Position numbers and translations under genes: made by a program
Assembly (NCBI RefSeq): GCF_964188315.1
Contig: NC_135672.1
Span: 10,106,001-10,170,000, forward strand
Reading direction: 5' to 3'
Source: Podarcis muralis
Lineage: Eukaryota
Length of the DNA: 64,000 bases
Part shown: positions 23,626 to 36,425 of the stretch, in pieces
Position numbering within the stretch: position 1 is the first letter of the stretch
How the letters are laid out: the number at the start of each line of letters is the position of its first letter
Notes under the pieces: generated by a model
Database searches by the model: none
Seen by the model: the letters and a program-made list of their open reading frames with translations, nothing else
Told to the model about the DNA's origin: nothing

Positions 23626-24211
23626 GTAAAATCTTGATTTGAAAAACCAAATAAACAAATTTACGAAAAAAGAAGAAGTCGTAGTAGTTGGCCGTGGCGA
23701 AGCCAATGCTGGGAACAGTTCCATTCCCCAGGAAAACCACATTCCCCATCAACAAAAGACGCTTTTCCTGCAGCCGGAGTAAGGAAATCAAACTGCATTC
23801 ACGAGCGCCGTCGAGCTTAATGATAACTGGATGAAACGAAAGTTCTGCTCTTGGACAAGAAGCCCGAGAAAGCAAGTTTCGTTATCCAGGAATGCATTCC
23901 ACGTGGCCCTGTGCCATTCCTGCTTCTCGCTACCTCGTCTCCCCGCGCACAGCATGCGCTGTCTGTATCAACAAGACTTCCGCTCCCACTAGAGAGGCAT
24001 TGCGCTCAAAGTATCCATGCCATTTCCTTCTCTGTGGGGATTTTATAGTATCTGATTTCTCTGGTGGCAGGGGTAATAAACTTTTCGCCCTTGTTTCCTG
24101 GCAGTCTCTCAGAAGGCTTCTCACCAGTGGGTGACAACCAAACAGGAATTACTGGGGTTTTTCCATTTATTTGAGCAGCCAAAAAAAAACCCTTTAACCG
24201 AAAATGCGAAG

Positions 24212-24636
24212 TAATAATAATAATAATTTATTATTTGTACCCCGCCCATCTGGCTGGGTTTCCCCAGCCACTCTGGGCGGCTTCCATAGAAACCAAAAAT
24301 ACAGTAAAATATCACAGATTAAAAACTTCCCTGAACAGGGCTGCCTTAAGATGTCTTCTGAATGTCAGGTAGTTATTTATCGCTTTGACATCTGATGGGA
24401 GGGCGTTCCACAGGGCGGGCGCCACCACCGAGAAGGCCCTCTGCCTGGTTCCCTGTAGCTTTGCTTCTCGCAATGAGAAATCCGCCAGAAGGCCCTCGGC
24501 GCTGGACCTCAGTGTCCGGGCTGGATGATGGTGATGGAGACACTCCTTCAGGTATACTGGACCGAGGCCGTTAAGGGTTTAAAGGTCAACACCAACACTT
24601 TGAATTGTGCTCGGAAACGTACTGGGAGCCAATGTG
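24212..24636 (-). mobile_element. L2 3' end
   Basis: Same family, with tail. Confidence 0.87.
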
Positions 24637-24767
24637 TGTCCTTCTATTGAATTTATTTTTTAATCCTTCCTGATCATTAGCAGGGATGGGAGAATTTCAT
24701 GGGAGAATTTGCATCGGCCAAACGGACAGGTTTAGAGAGAAGTTCAGGGAAAGGTTAGCTGTGTGCA

Positions 24768-25175
24768 AGGCTGGGGTTAGGTTTGATGAGGCCCTCAGCT
24801 ATCGAAGGCAATGGGGCCCTTTCTATGTCCAGCTGTCCTTTGTCCACAACAAATTGCCGCTGTTTCTTTGTGTTGAATATATGCTATGTGGTCATTTATG
24901 CACCTCATAGGTATCTCAAGCCATTTGCGCATGTTGCCCTGCAACCAGTCCATGCAGAATGTCGGCACCCTATATATAAAAAGGAGCAAACCAGTGATAT
25001 TTTAGGGAGCAGGTGAGCAGGCGGGGCCCATGACTTACAACCTAGGAGCCTACACAACACAAAACACTGTTGCAGGATGTAGGTTTTATTTTATTTGTTT
25101 TTTATCTTATATTTTGGAAATGTACACCCAGTGGTTTTTTTCCTTTAAACTTTTTGGGGGCCCCCAAGAAATTGG
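24768..25175 (+). mobile_element. Dispersed non-autonomous element with a CAGGGCCGG-type end (also at 10905-12090 on minus and 27507-27645)
   Basis: Three homologous copies share GGCCCTCAGCTA...CCAGCTGTCCTTTGTCCACAACAAAT. Family name not recognised. Confidence 0.7.
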
Positions 25176-25184
25176 GGCTTGTTT

Positions 25185-25490
25185 AAAGGTAAAGGGACCC
25201 CTGACCGTTAGGTCCAGTCGTGGCCGACTCTGGGGTTGCAGCGCTCATCTTGCTTTACTGGCCAAGGGAGCCGGCGTACAGCTTCCGTGTCATGTGCCCA
25301 GCAGGACTAAGCCGCTTCTGGCGAACCAGAGCAGCGCACGGAAACGCCGTTTACCTTCCCGCCAGAGCGGTACCTATTTATCTACTTGCACTTTGATGTG
25401 CTTTTGAACTGCTAGGTTGGCAGGAGCAGGGACCGAGCAACGGGAGCTCACCCCGTCATCGCGGGGATTTGAACCACCAACCTTCTGATC
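25185..25490 (-). mobile_element. Sauria SINE, 5' truncated
   Basis: Consensus match. Confidence 0.88.
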
Positions 25491-26096
25491 GCCCAGTCTT
25501 GCACTCCAAATTTCCCTTTGCCAGCTGCAGACCTCAGGAAAGAGAGAGGGTGCCAAGCAGGGTTGGCGGCCACAGCGGTGGCTGAGGAGGATAAAGGACA
25601 CTTGACGTTCCAGACTGACATCTGTCACCCTCAGGTTTGAGAAGAACGGGAACTGGTGGCCTCAGCACTTTTCTCCCGAAGCGCCGAAGTGTCCAGAAAT
25701 AAGAGCCTGGCTGGACAGGAAAGGAAGGCATCCATTTCCCAAGAAGGGGACCGCCATCCCACTTGAGGGAAACAATGGGTTTGGAGGACAGGGTGAAGGG
25801 CAAATCATTCCAAGGCTGGAAAGTTTGCAGATATGCCAAGGCCAGGAGGACTGTGGAGGGGACCCAGCGCCGGGATTTGTGGAGACAACAGGAAACGTAT
25901 GCCTGCGCTTTCCTATGGTTGTCAAACATGGGGTTTTGAAGAGTGTGGCGCAGCAAAGCACACATTTTTTTTAAGAATCAGCAGCACCTCACATCCTTCG
26001 ATGTAAACATCCCTCTAGGGCTGAAGGACAGTTTGTGGCGAGGAGATTGAGAAGATGACCTCGTGACCGACTCTGGGGAAGCGCTGATCTTTACGT

Positions 26097-26459
26097 AGTA
26101 AGGTAAAGATAAAGGGACCCGTGACCATTAGGTCCAGTCGTGGCCAACTCTGGGGTTGCGGCGCTCATCTCGCTTTATTGGCCGAGGGAGCCGGCATACA
26201 GCTTCCGGGTCATGTGGCCAGCATGACTAAGCCACTTCTGGCGAACCAGAGCAGCGCATGGAAATGCCGTTTACCTTCCCGCCAGAGCGGTACCTATTTA
26301 TCTACTTTCACTTTGACGTGCTTTCAAACTGCTAGGTTGGCAGGAGCAGGGACCAAGCAACGGGAGCTCACCCCGTCATTGTGGGGATTCAAACCACCGA
26401 CCTTCTGATCGGCAAGTCCTAGGCTCTGTGGTTTAACCCACAGCACCACCCGCGTCCCA
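26097..26459 (-). mobile_element. Sauria SINE
   Basis: Consensus match. Confidence 0.9.
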
Positions 26460-26649
26460 ATAGTACAGTGGTACCTCGGGTTAAGAACTTAATTCATTCC
26501 TAACCTGAAACTGTTCTTAACCTGAAGCACCACTTTAGCTAATGGGGCCTCCTGCTGCCCCATTGGAGAAATGTTGGAGGGTATGCAGAACCGTACGTTT
26601 GTCCCTGTGGAAATTCACTGTGTTAATGTTGGCCCAGTTCCCTAGTCGG

Positions 26650-26757
26650 TAAAAGGTAAAGGGACCCCTGACAATTAGGTCCAGATTCGAACCGCCGACC
26701 TTCTGATCGGCAAGTCCTAGGCTCTGTGGTTTAACCCACAGCACCACCCGCGTCCCT
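26650..26757 (-). mobile_element. Sauria SINE with large internal deletion
   Basis: 3' end joined directly to the head (...TTAGGTCCAG|ATTCGAACC...). Confidence 0.85.
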
Positions 26758-27647
26758 CCCTAGTCTGTAGCTGACGTAAATTCATTGAGTACAATGGAGT
26801 TCCTAGTTAAACCCGCCCTTTGTGCAGAACCATGAGATCTAGAATCTTGGTCTCAGTGAGACACAAGGGCTTGTGGCTTTTTGAATACCTGTCAGCTCCT
26901 AAGCTCCTCATTCCATGATGGCAAACCTCTAAAAAAAGAAAACAAACTCCCCTGTTTAAAAACCCGCTTCCTAAACCAGTTAAAAACTGATTAGCTGATG
27001 ACCCGACGGATAAGACGACAGGAAAACAAGCAGCCTTAGCTAAACACCCAAGAGGGCTTTCCGGAATCGGCAAATTTTCAGACCTGCCTTTGTGCAGAAA
27101 AGCAAGGCCAAAGGTTTGGGTAGTTTGCTGGCGATGGGTGGCCGTCCAAAGAGAGAGGGGGGGACGCTCTTTGCTCCAGAGTGGGGACACCCCAGCCGAA
27201 AATATGTCCGCTAGAAGCTTAGACAATGCTGGGGATTTTTGTGGAGTGCTTGCTAGTGCATTTCCGAAGCGCCGCAGAACGGATTTTCATTGTTGTCGTT
27301 CCGTGGCTTGGATTCTCTCTGCCCTGGAAGCGGAGATTAATTTCTCTCCGGGAGTCAAAGGTGAGAGGAAAGCGCACTCAAATCAAGGGGTCAGAAGTGC
27401 AGCTTCCAAGAATGGGGAAAGAGGGGAATACCAGAAAGCCTTGAGTGTTCCTGTTGTGCTCTAAACTAAATCCATGCGCCTCCATGTGGTTCTCATTGGT
27501 CATTGCCAGGGCTGGATTTAGGTTTTGATGCGGCCCTCAGCTACGGAAGGGAATGGGGCCCTTTATATGTCCAGCTGTCCTTTGTCCACAACAAATTGTT
27601 GCTGGCTTTTTTGTGTGTTGAATATATGCTACGTGGTAATTTATGGA

Positions 27648-28056
27648 CCAAAAAGAAGGCTGATCGCCGAAGAATGGATGCTTTTGAATTCTGGTGCTGG
27701 AGGAGACTCTTGAGAGTCCCATGGACTGCAAGAAGATCAAACCTCTCCATTCTGAGGGAAATCAGCCCTGAGTGCTCTCTGGAAGGACAGATTGTGAAGC
27801 TGAGGCTCCAAGGCTTTGGCCACCTCATGAGAAGAGAAGACTCCCTGGAAAAGACCCTGATGCTGGGAAAGATGGAGGGGACAAGGAGAAGGGGACCGAC
27901 GGAGGACAAGATGGTTGGATAAGGTTCTTGAAGCTACCAGCATGAGTTTGACCAAACTGCGGGAGGCAGTGGAAGACAGGAGTGCCTGGCGTGCTCTGGT
28001 CCAGGGGGTCACGAAGAGGCGGACACGACTAAATGACTAAACAACAACAACAACAA
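27648..28056 (+). mobile_element. Bov-B 3' fragment
   Basis: Same peptide and tail. Confidence 0.92.
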
Positions 28057-28489
28057 TGGCTATCTAAAGCCATTTGCACATAAGAAAACATGTACTTTAT
28101 CAAAGTAATTGTTGAACTGAAATGCAATTAAGAAGGATATTAATAGTGAAATGCAATTAAGAAGAAGGATATTAATAGGGAAATAATTATTAAGCTCTAA
28201 CGTAGAATGATTTTTTTTATTCATAACAAACTTAATAGCGCAAACACATTGGCATTTGGTAATAACAAAAGTTCCTTTAGAAACACAATTGACAAAGACG
28301 GATACTCTAGTCTCTAGAAACTTGCTGTAACATGAAATGATAAGAGGTGTAAATATATGATGCAAACTACTAATAATTATAAATAACTTTATTAATATGA
28401 AGTTAACATGAAATTAAGTGTTATAGGTAAAGGTAAAGGGACCCCTGACAACTAGGTCCAGTCGTGGCCGACTCTGGGGTTGCGGCGCT

Positions 28490-28915
28490 CAGGTCAATTC
28501 TGTGTCCAGGGCAGCTCCATCTGGTACGCAGAATGAGACCCTACCTGCCCACAGACTGTCTCACCAGTGTGGTGCATGCTCTGGTTATCTCCCGCTGGGA
28601 CTCCTGCAATGCGCTCTATGTGGGGCTACCTTTGAAGGTGACCCGGAAGCTGCAATTAATCCAGAATGCGGCAGCTAGACTGGGGACTGGGAGCGTCTGC
28701 CGGGACCACATAACACCGGTTCTGAGAGATCTGCATTGGCTCCCAGTACGTCTCTGAGCACAATTCAAAGTGTTGGTGCTGACCTTGAAAGCCCTAAACG
28801 GCCTCAGCCCAGAATTGACCTGCGCCTCCATGGACAGCTGCGAGTCCAAAATGACTCCCAGGCTGCGCACCTGGTCCTTCAGGGGCACAGTGACCCCATT
28901 CAGGACCAGGGAGTT
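28490..28915. mobile_element. L2 fragment with internal inversion
   Basis: 28490-28810 is on +, 28811-28915 on -; the two pieces are adjacent in the L2 consensus. Confidence 0.82.
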
Positions 28916-29498
28916 TTTCCCCCAAAGATGCTGAACTTTAGGCCCTCCAGAAATTGCTGGCCATCCTTGCCTAAAACATTGACCATACTGGGGGAACTGT
29001 GGAGAGCTGGGGTGCAGCCTCTGCAGAGCCACAGCTTCCCTTGTCCTTGGCAGAAGTTTTATTTTATATTATTTTATTTCTTTTGGGAGGACAGTTCTAC
29101 TTAGAAGTAGTTCCAAGGCTGGCCGCGGCCAAGCCAAGGCCGGGAAGAAACTCCTTTCCCAGGAAGACCCACTTTCCCATAAACAAGAGGCAGTATTCCT
29201 GCAGCCAAGGCGAGGTATCTTGCGGAAATAAAACTGCATTAATGAGCGCCGTCAACCTTACCTCCTCCGATCTTCTTATGCCATTTCCCAATTTCTCGTC
29301 TTTCACGAACTTTAGGCTTTCTTCACTAAGTGCTTTAGCATCTCTTTTGCATGCAGAAGGTCGCAGGGGCAGCTTTTAATGTTCTGTTTCCTAGTTCGCT
29401 CCACATCCATTGCCAACTTTTTTAAAAAAGGAAATGTTGTGCAAAAGCCGGGCTGCCTGTTCCTGCCTTGCTTTTCCACCCAGTTTTACACTGTCCTG

Positions 29499-29550
<52 letters not shown>
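29499..29550. repeat. (ATT)n microsatellite
   Basis: Direct reading. Confidence 0.95.
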
Positions 29551-29551
<1 letters not shown>

Positions 29552-29611
29552 AGCAACTTACTCCCCTAATATGAAGCAATTTTGCACATTATTTTAATAG
29601 TAGTAGTAGTA

Positions 29612-29967
29612 AGGTAAAGGTAAAGGGACCCCTGACCATTAGGTCCAGTCGTGGCCGACTCTGGGGTTGTGGCGCTCACCTCGCTTTATTGGCCGAGGGA
29701 GCCGGCGTACAGCTTCCGGCTCATGTGGCCAGCATGACTAAGCCACTTCTGGTGAACCAGAGCAGCGCACGGAAACGCCGTTTACCTTCCCGCCAGAGTG
29801 GTACCTATTTATCTACTTGCACTTTGACGTGCTTTCGAATTGCTAGGTTGGCAGGAGCAGGGACCGAGCAATGGGAGCTCACCCCATCATGGGGATTCGA
29901 ACCGCCGACCTTCTGATCGGCAAGTCCTAGGCTCTGTGGGTTAACCCACAGCGCCACCCGCGTCCCT
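29612..29967 (-). mobile_element. Sauria SINE
   Basis: Consensus match; flanked by (TAG)n. Confidence 0.9.
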
Positions 29968-30481
29968 GTAGTAGTAGTAGTAATAATAATTTATTACCTA
30001 TATCCCGCCCATTTGGCCGGGTCTCCCCAACCACTCTGTGCGGCTCCCAACAGAACATTAAAAACACAATAAAACATCAAACATTAAAAACTTAAAACAG
30101 GGCTGCCTTCAGATGTCTTCTAGAAAGTTGCTTATTGTCGCCTGGGAGGAGCCACCACCGAGAAGGCCCTCTCGAGACAGACCGGTGCCAACAGCGAACT
30201 CTGAGTAGGACTAACATTGCATGATTTATTATCTATTTACTTATTTTTGTAATAGCACACTGCTTGATGGCAAGATAGAAAACCTCAAAGTGGTTGAGAA
30301 GAATGAAACGACCAATAGAATTTTTAATCTTTTGTTGGAAGCCGCCCAGAGTGGCTGGGGAAACTCAGCCAGATGGGCGGGGTATAAATAAAAATAAAAT
30401 AAAATAAAAAATGTTGTTGTTGTTTCTATGGGTGTAATTTTTTGGACATTGGTCTGCAGAGGCAGCAAGGCTGCCAATGTG

Positions 30482-30735
30482 AGCCAGTGTGGTGTTGTGG
30501 TTAAGAGCCGTAGATTTGTAATCTGGGGAACCGGGTTCGATTCCCCGCTCCTCCACATGCAGCTGCTGGGTGACCTTGGGCCAGTCACACTTCTTTGAAG
30601 TCTCTCAGCCCCACTCACCTCACAGAGTGTTTGTTGGGGGAGAGGAAGGGAAAGGAGAATGTGAGCCGCTTTGAGACTCCTTCGGGTAGTGATAAAGCGG
30701 GATATCAAATCCAAACTCTTCTTCTCTTCTTCCTC
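30482..30735 (+). mobile_element. Squam3-type SINE
   Basis: Near-identical to the 11670 copy. Confidence 0.8.
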
Positions 30736-31167
30736 CATGGGGCTACCCCAGTTTCCTTCACAGCCCCCGCCACCTTGGACTCCTTTGAAACAGCAAACCT
30801 TGGAAGGAAAAGGGTGAGGCCAGCATCAAACATAGCTGGCTGGGTTTCTGTTTGTCTACGAGCTGACCTTTTCATAAATCTGACAAATCTTTTGGAGTGA
30901 AAACAGACAGATTAGAAACTGGCAAGGCCTCCTCTGATTCTGTCCGTTTTTCAGTGGAAACGAGAAGGAAGCTTACGAATTTCGTTGGAAAAGCGATTTC
31001 AGTATGTGACATTGAGGCGGGTTTTCCTACCGCGCGTAGTGTCCGTTCCACCAAAGGCCAGAGGGTAGCGTAAGGCCAAAGGATTTCTGCATCTGTGAAA
31101 CTTTACCCCTTCCCCATGCCAATTTCATCGGACACCCCCCCTTACTCCTGTTAAGGTACACCAGAGA

Positions 31168-31636
31168 CACCACCTTGCCGACAAAGGTCCGTATAGTTCA
31201 AGCTCTGGTTTTCCCAGTAGTGATGTATGGAAGTGAGAGCTGGACCCCAAAGAAGGCTGATCGCCGAAGAATGGATGCTTTTGAATTCTGGTGCTGGAGG
31301 AGACTCTGGAGAGTCCCATGGACTGCAAGAAGATCAAACCTCTCCATTCGGAAGGAAATCAGCCCTGAGTGCTCACTGGAAGGACAGATCCTGAAGCTGA
31401 GGCTCCAAGACTTTGGCCACCTCATGAGAAGAGAAGACTCCCTGGAAAAGACCTGATGTTAGGAAAGATGGAGGGCGCAAGGAGAAGGGGACGACAGAGG
31501 ACGAGATGGTGGGACAGTGTTCTCGAAGTTACCAGCAGGAGTTTGACCAAACTGCGGGAGGCTGTGGAAGACAGGAGGGCCTGGCGTGCTCTGGTCCAGG
31601 GGGTCATGAAGAGGCGGACACGACTAAACAACAACA
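31168..31636 (+). mobile_element. Bov-B 3' fragment
   Basis: Same peptide and tail. Confidence 0.92.
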
Positions 31637-31925
31637 AGTGTTATGTTGGGGGTGGAATGAGGAACAGGACTAGGAGGGGTGCAAATATTGGAAAAGGAAA
31701 AAAAGGAGTCTTCTATCCTGAAAAAGATTACCGCCAGACCCTTGGCGGCATTGTCATTGTTTTGTTTGTTTCTGATATTTGTACCCTCCAACATTTCTCA
31801 AATGAAAATAGGGACGCCCTGTTCCATAATGATAATTTTGCTCTTTATACATCTTTTTGGGTTGCCCTGGCCACTCTGGGCAGCTTCCATGACCAGCATC
31901 TGGGGTTGGCTGCGGGGGGCAGGTA

Positions 31926-32184
31926 CCGTATTTTTTGCTCTATAAGACTCACTTTTCCCCTCCTCAAAAGTAAGGGGAAATGTGTGTGCGTCTTATGGAG
32001 CGAATGCAGGCTGCGCAGCTATCCCAGAAGCCAGAACAGCAAGAGGGATTGCTGCTTTCACTGCTCAGCGATCCCTCTTGCTGTTCTGGCTTCTGAGATT
32101 CAGAATATTTTTTTTCTTGTTTTCCTCCTCCAAAAACTAGGTGCGTCTTGTGGTCTGGTGCGTCTTATAGAGCGAAAAATACGG
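31926..32184. mobile_element. Tc2/pogo-like MITE
   Basis: TA|CCGTATTTTT...AAAAATACGG|TA. Confidence 0.88.
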
Positions 32185-32521
32185 TATCTTGTGCGCTAGC
32201 TAGAAAAGCACGTCAGAAGTGGGGAAGTGTGAGGTCTGGGAAGACTTCTCACCTGCAAACCTTTGCTTGGCTCCACGCTCATGGAGATCCCTCTGCCTGC
32301 TTTTCAGAGCCCGTAGAATTTTTCTGCTTTACTTTTTTTGCTGGTTGTTTTTGCTATACTTTGGAAAGCTCTGAGAGCTGAATTCTTGCGCATTCTGGAA
32401 CAAGGTGGTACGAACTTTGTTTGGCACAGAACAGGGGAAAGCCACGTAGGAAACTCCCTTAAGGCAGTTTATTTTTCTCCAGGTATTCCATATATTTTTT
32501 CAGTCTTCTTTCTATAATAAA

Positions 32522-32866
32522 CGGTAAAGGGACCCCTGACCATTAGCTCCAGTCGTGGACGACTCTGGGGTTGTGGTGCTCATCTTGCTTTATTGGCCGA
32601 GGGAGCCGGCGTACAGCTTCCGGGTCATGTGGCCAGCAGGACTAAGCCACTTCTGGCGAACCAGAGCAGCGCACGGAAACGCCTTTTACCTTCCTGCCGG
32701 AGTGGTACCTATTTATCTACTTGCACATGACGTGCTTTCGAACTGCTAGGTTGGCAGGAGCAGGGACCGAACAACAGGAGCTCACCCCGTCGCGGGGATT
32801 CGAACTGCTGACCTTCTGATCGGCAAGTCCTAGGCTCTGTGGTTTAACCCACAGCGCCACCCACGT
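32522..32866 (-). mobile_element. Sauria SINE
   Basis: Consensus match. Confidence 0.9.
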
Positions 32867-32924
32867 CTTCTTTGTATAGCTCTCCGTAAAAATCAACAAC
32901 TGCCTACATTATCAAATTTTGAAT

Positions 32925-33272
32925 TATGGTGCTGGTGCTGGAGGAGACTCTTGAGAGTCCCATGGACTGCAAGAAAATCAGCCCTGAGTGCTCACTGGAA
33001 GGACAGATCCTGAAGCTGAGGCTCTAAGACTTTGGCCACCTCATGAGAAGAGAAGACTCCCTGGAAAAGACCCTGATGTTGGGAAAGATGGAGGGCACAA
33101 GGAGAAGGGGACGACAGAGGACGAGATGGTGGGACAGTGTTCTCGAAGCTACCAGCATGACTTTGACCCAACTGCGGGAGGTAGTGGAAGACAGGAGGGC
33201 CTGGCGTGCTCTGGTCCAGGGGGTCACAAAGAGGCGGACATGACTAAACGACATCAACAACAACAACAACAG
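32925..33272 (+). mobile_element. Bov-B 3' fragment
   Basis: Same peptide; (CAA)n tail. Confidence 0.92.
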
Positions 33273-33992
33273 AGGAGGCTGCCCTGCACAAATCGCTGCT
33301 TTGGAGCTCGCCCAGATCATGGACTCTGACAGAGACACGACAAATAAACTCTTTTTAAATTTTATTTTAAGGGATGGTATTCCTGCTGTGGGTTCGGCTT
33401 GGGAGAAAATCAGCATTCTGAACTTCCGAATCTGAGCAACGCAGCACCATTAGTCGGCCGGTTTCTCGGTGACCACGTATCACGCAGAGATCCAGCAGGA
33501 AGGCTCCTTCGTTCAGGGTCCCAGTGGGATTCCCCCGGACCGCATTCACGTGGGAAACGGCTTTTTTCACTGTTTATTGGAACACCTCCAATAAACAGAA
33601 CGGGATTCGTCCGCTGATAAGCAAAGTTGAAGAGTTAATTGCTCTTCTTCGTTCTTTGATTAAAAGGGGGAGGGAAAGTATGTCTGGAAAAAAGGCTAAA
33701 TCCAGGATTCTAACATCACTTAGATTATGGGAAGAGGCAGGCTGTGAGGGGTGGGTGGATATTGTTTTTTAACGCCCCCCCTTGACACAGGGGTGGGCGG
33801 AGACACCCACCTTGGATTTAAGAGGTCCTGGTGTCATTGAATTTCGGGCAGACTTGGAAACTGCACCAGGGCGAGAGTGCCGTGAGGAAGGAAGGAAGGA
33901 ACTGCATTAATTAATTTGGAAAGAGACAGGCTGCTGCTGCTGGAATAAGTCCGTGTAACTGTAGGTAGAGATATAACTCAATTGCAAAGGGC

Positions 33993-34044
33993 ATGGCAGC
34001 CATCAACTTGGGACTCCTGTTCATTTTCGTCAGGTTTTGCTGGG
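33993..34044 (+). CDS. MADCAM1: MAdCAM-1 exon 1, signal peptide (MAAINLGLLFIFVRFCW-G)
   Basis: Hydrophobic leader, 52 bp, donor G|gtaagt, phase 1 fitting the Ig1 exon. Confidence 0.85.
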
Positions 34045-34250
34045 GTAAGTCGGATCATTCCCCCCTTCCAAAATGCAATTTTTACCTAGGATTAAACTGG
34101 AATTAAATTTATAAATAAGAAAATGTACGATAAGGAAAGTTATGCAACAGGATTAGGACTGTGATGTGGTATTTTGAAACACTGATATTGGAAACTGCTA
34201 CCTATAAGTACTAAGAAATTCGGATGGAAGAGATTCGAGGAAATCAAATA

Positions 34251-34509
34251 CCGTATTTTTTGCTCTATAAGACTCACTTTTTCCCTCCTAAAAAGTAAGG
34301 GGAAATGTGTATGTGTCTTATGGAGCGAATGCAGGCTGCGCAGCTATCCCAGAAGCCAGAACAGCAAGAGGAATTGCTGCTTTCACTGTTCAGCGATCCC
34401 TCTTGCTGTTCTGGCTTCTGGGATTCAGAATATTTTTTTTCTTGTTTTCCTCCTCCAAAAACTAAGTGCGTCTTATGGTCTGGTGTGTCTTATAGAATGA
34501 AAAATACAG
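34251..34509. mobile_element. Tc2/pogo-like MITE
   Basis: Near-identical to the 31926 copy. Confidence 0.88.
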
Positions 34510-35479
34510 TGCTATGTTTATGAAGATGGATGATATACTTAATTAATTAAGTGGTAATATGCTGTATGTATCTTTTTTCTCTTTTTCTTTTTCTTTTCTT
34601 TTTTTGTTTTTATTATTGTAAAAAAATCTTTACTATGTTTGTCTACTGAAAATGATAACTATTATTTGAAAAAAAAATGCATTTTTTTAAAAAGAGAGAA
34701 AAATAAATAAATGCTGTTCCCTCCGCCTTCCGCAACCTTCCCATTAAACAACAATAAAAAGGCAATTTCCCCCATGACCGTCCCAGCAGAAAAAATTGCA
34801 ACGTTTTCCATTAGCATCTCGGCAAATTGCCGTTTGCAAAAGGAAAAAGTGCATTGTTTGGTTTTGTTTCCCCCCAATTGTTATTTTTTTAAAAAGGAGA
34901 AGATTTCTTGCACGACTAAACAGATTTCGTTGGCTGCTTTCCTCCGCACCTTGCCTGAGCAAGTCGGCTCCCGGACCTTTTAATGGAACGAGGTTGCCCA
35001 GGGGTGTTGGGGTGACAGTGAAAAGACAAGTCAGAAAGGCAAAGTATCGCTGAAAGGATGCGGAATTCGCTTTGGGCGGGGGGAAGAAATACAAAAAACT
35101 TGGGGCGCCTTACAGAACCGATTGCCACTAGATGTGTGGGCCATAATAATAATGATGGTGATGATAATAAATTTATTTATACACCGCTCTCCCCGGCCAG
35201 AGCCGAGCTCAGGGCGGCTAACACCAGTAAAATTACAGTAAGAACATAATAAGTGGGGGGGGGGGGGACCAATTTAAAATACAGGTTAAAATGCAATTGA
35301 AAATGCAGCCTCGTTTTAAAAGTAGCCCATTATGGCACTGAACCTTCATAGTTTCGTTTTATCCTTATCTGAGAGCCACCTTGCGTGCATTTGTTGGCTG
35401 CATGTCTACGGAACTCCTTGCCACAAGATGTTAGCATGTCACCCGTTCAGAACTGGCTTCGAAACTGCCCTTGCAACGC

Positions 35480-36130
35480 CTTTTAAATCTAAGGCACTTC
35501 TAATTAATTACTCCTCACAAAACTTCTTGCAAACCTACAAACGTCGTCTGATCTTCACAAATACTTTTCAAATAGTCCGTAAATTTACTCCAGTCTTCCG
35601 TGAGTTTCTGGTCCCGCCGGTTTCGAATCCTTCCTGTTAGTTTATCTAGTTCTGCATAGTCTATTAACTTCATCCTCCATTCTTCAGTCGTTGGTAACTC
35701 TTCTTGCTTCCATTTTTGGGCCAATAATATTCTTGCTGCTGTTATTGCATATAAAAAGAGCTTACCTTCCTTTCTATTTATATCACTCCCAACAATGCCC
35801 AGTAAAAATGCTTCTGGTTTCTTTATAAATGTATATTTCAACATTTTTTTTCATCTCATTATGGATCATCTCCCAGAAGCATTTCACCTTTTTACATTCC
35901 CACCACATGTGATAAAATGTTCCCTCTTTTTCTTGACATTTCCAACATTTATTCCTGACTTTATACATTTTCGCTAACTTGTATACCATCTATACATCCT
36001 TTTCATCACATTTTCTTTTAGGGCATTGCATGCAGTAAATTTTAAACCTTCTTTCCATAATTTCACCCAATCACTCAGCTGTATATTATACCCAAAATCT
36101 TTAGCCCAGTGAATCATAACCGACTTAACC
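35480..36130 (-). mobile_element. L1-clade ORF2 C-terminal fragment
   Basis: CWKCQEKEGTFYHMWWEC zinc knuckle; AARILLAQKWK...EEWRMKL. Confidence 0.85.
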
Positions 36131-36158
36131 TCCTCATCCTTCAAATGCCATTCAACAG

Positions 36159-36425
36159 GTCTTCCCAGTTCCGTCCTGACCGTCCACCCTCAGAAGGCGC
36201 TGGTGGAACTGGGAGGCTTCGTCCGGCTGACCTGCTCCACGGACTGCCCTGGCGGCAAGGTCCAGTGGGAAGGCTTGGACATTGAGCAGGGCGAAGTCTT
36301 CTCCAACAAGACTCACAGCATCCTCACCATCGCCAAAGCCACCGTCAGCATGGAAGGAGCCAAATTCTGCACAGGACAGTGCAGGGGGACCTCCGGACAG
36401 AAGAAGGTGGATCTGCAGGTGTACT
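36159..36425 (+). CDS. MADCAM1: MAdCAM-1 exon 2, Ig domain 1
   Basis: caacag|GT; LTCSTDC...VQWEGLDIEQG...KFCTGQC, the 4-cysteine ICAM/VCAM/MAdCAM D1 pattern; donor T|gtaagt. Confidence 0.93.

Noticed and set aside
28060-28420. Very AT-rich segment with a 30-bp direct repeat and a 101-aa ORF
   Set aside because: No recognisable domain or termini; likely a decayed transposon remnant.
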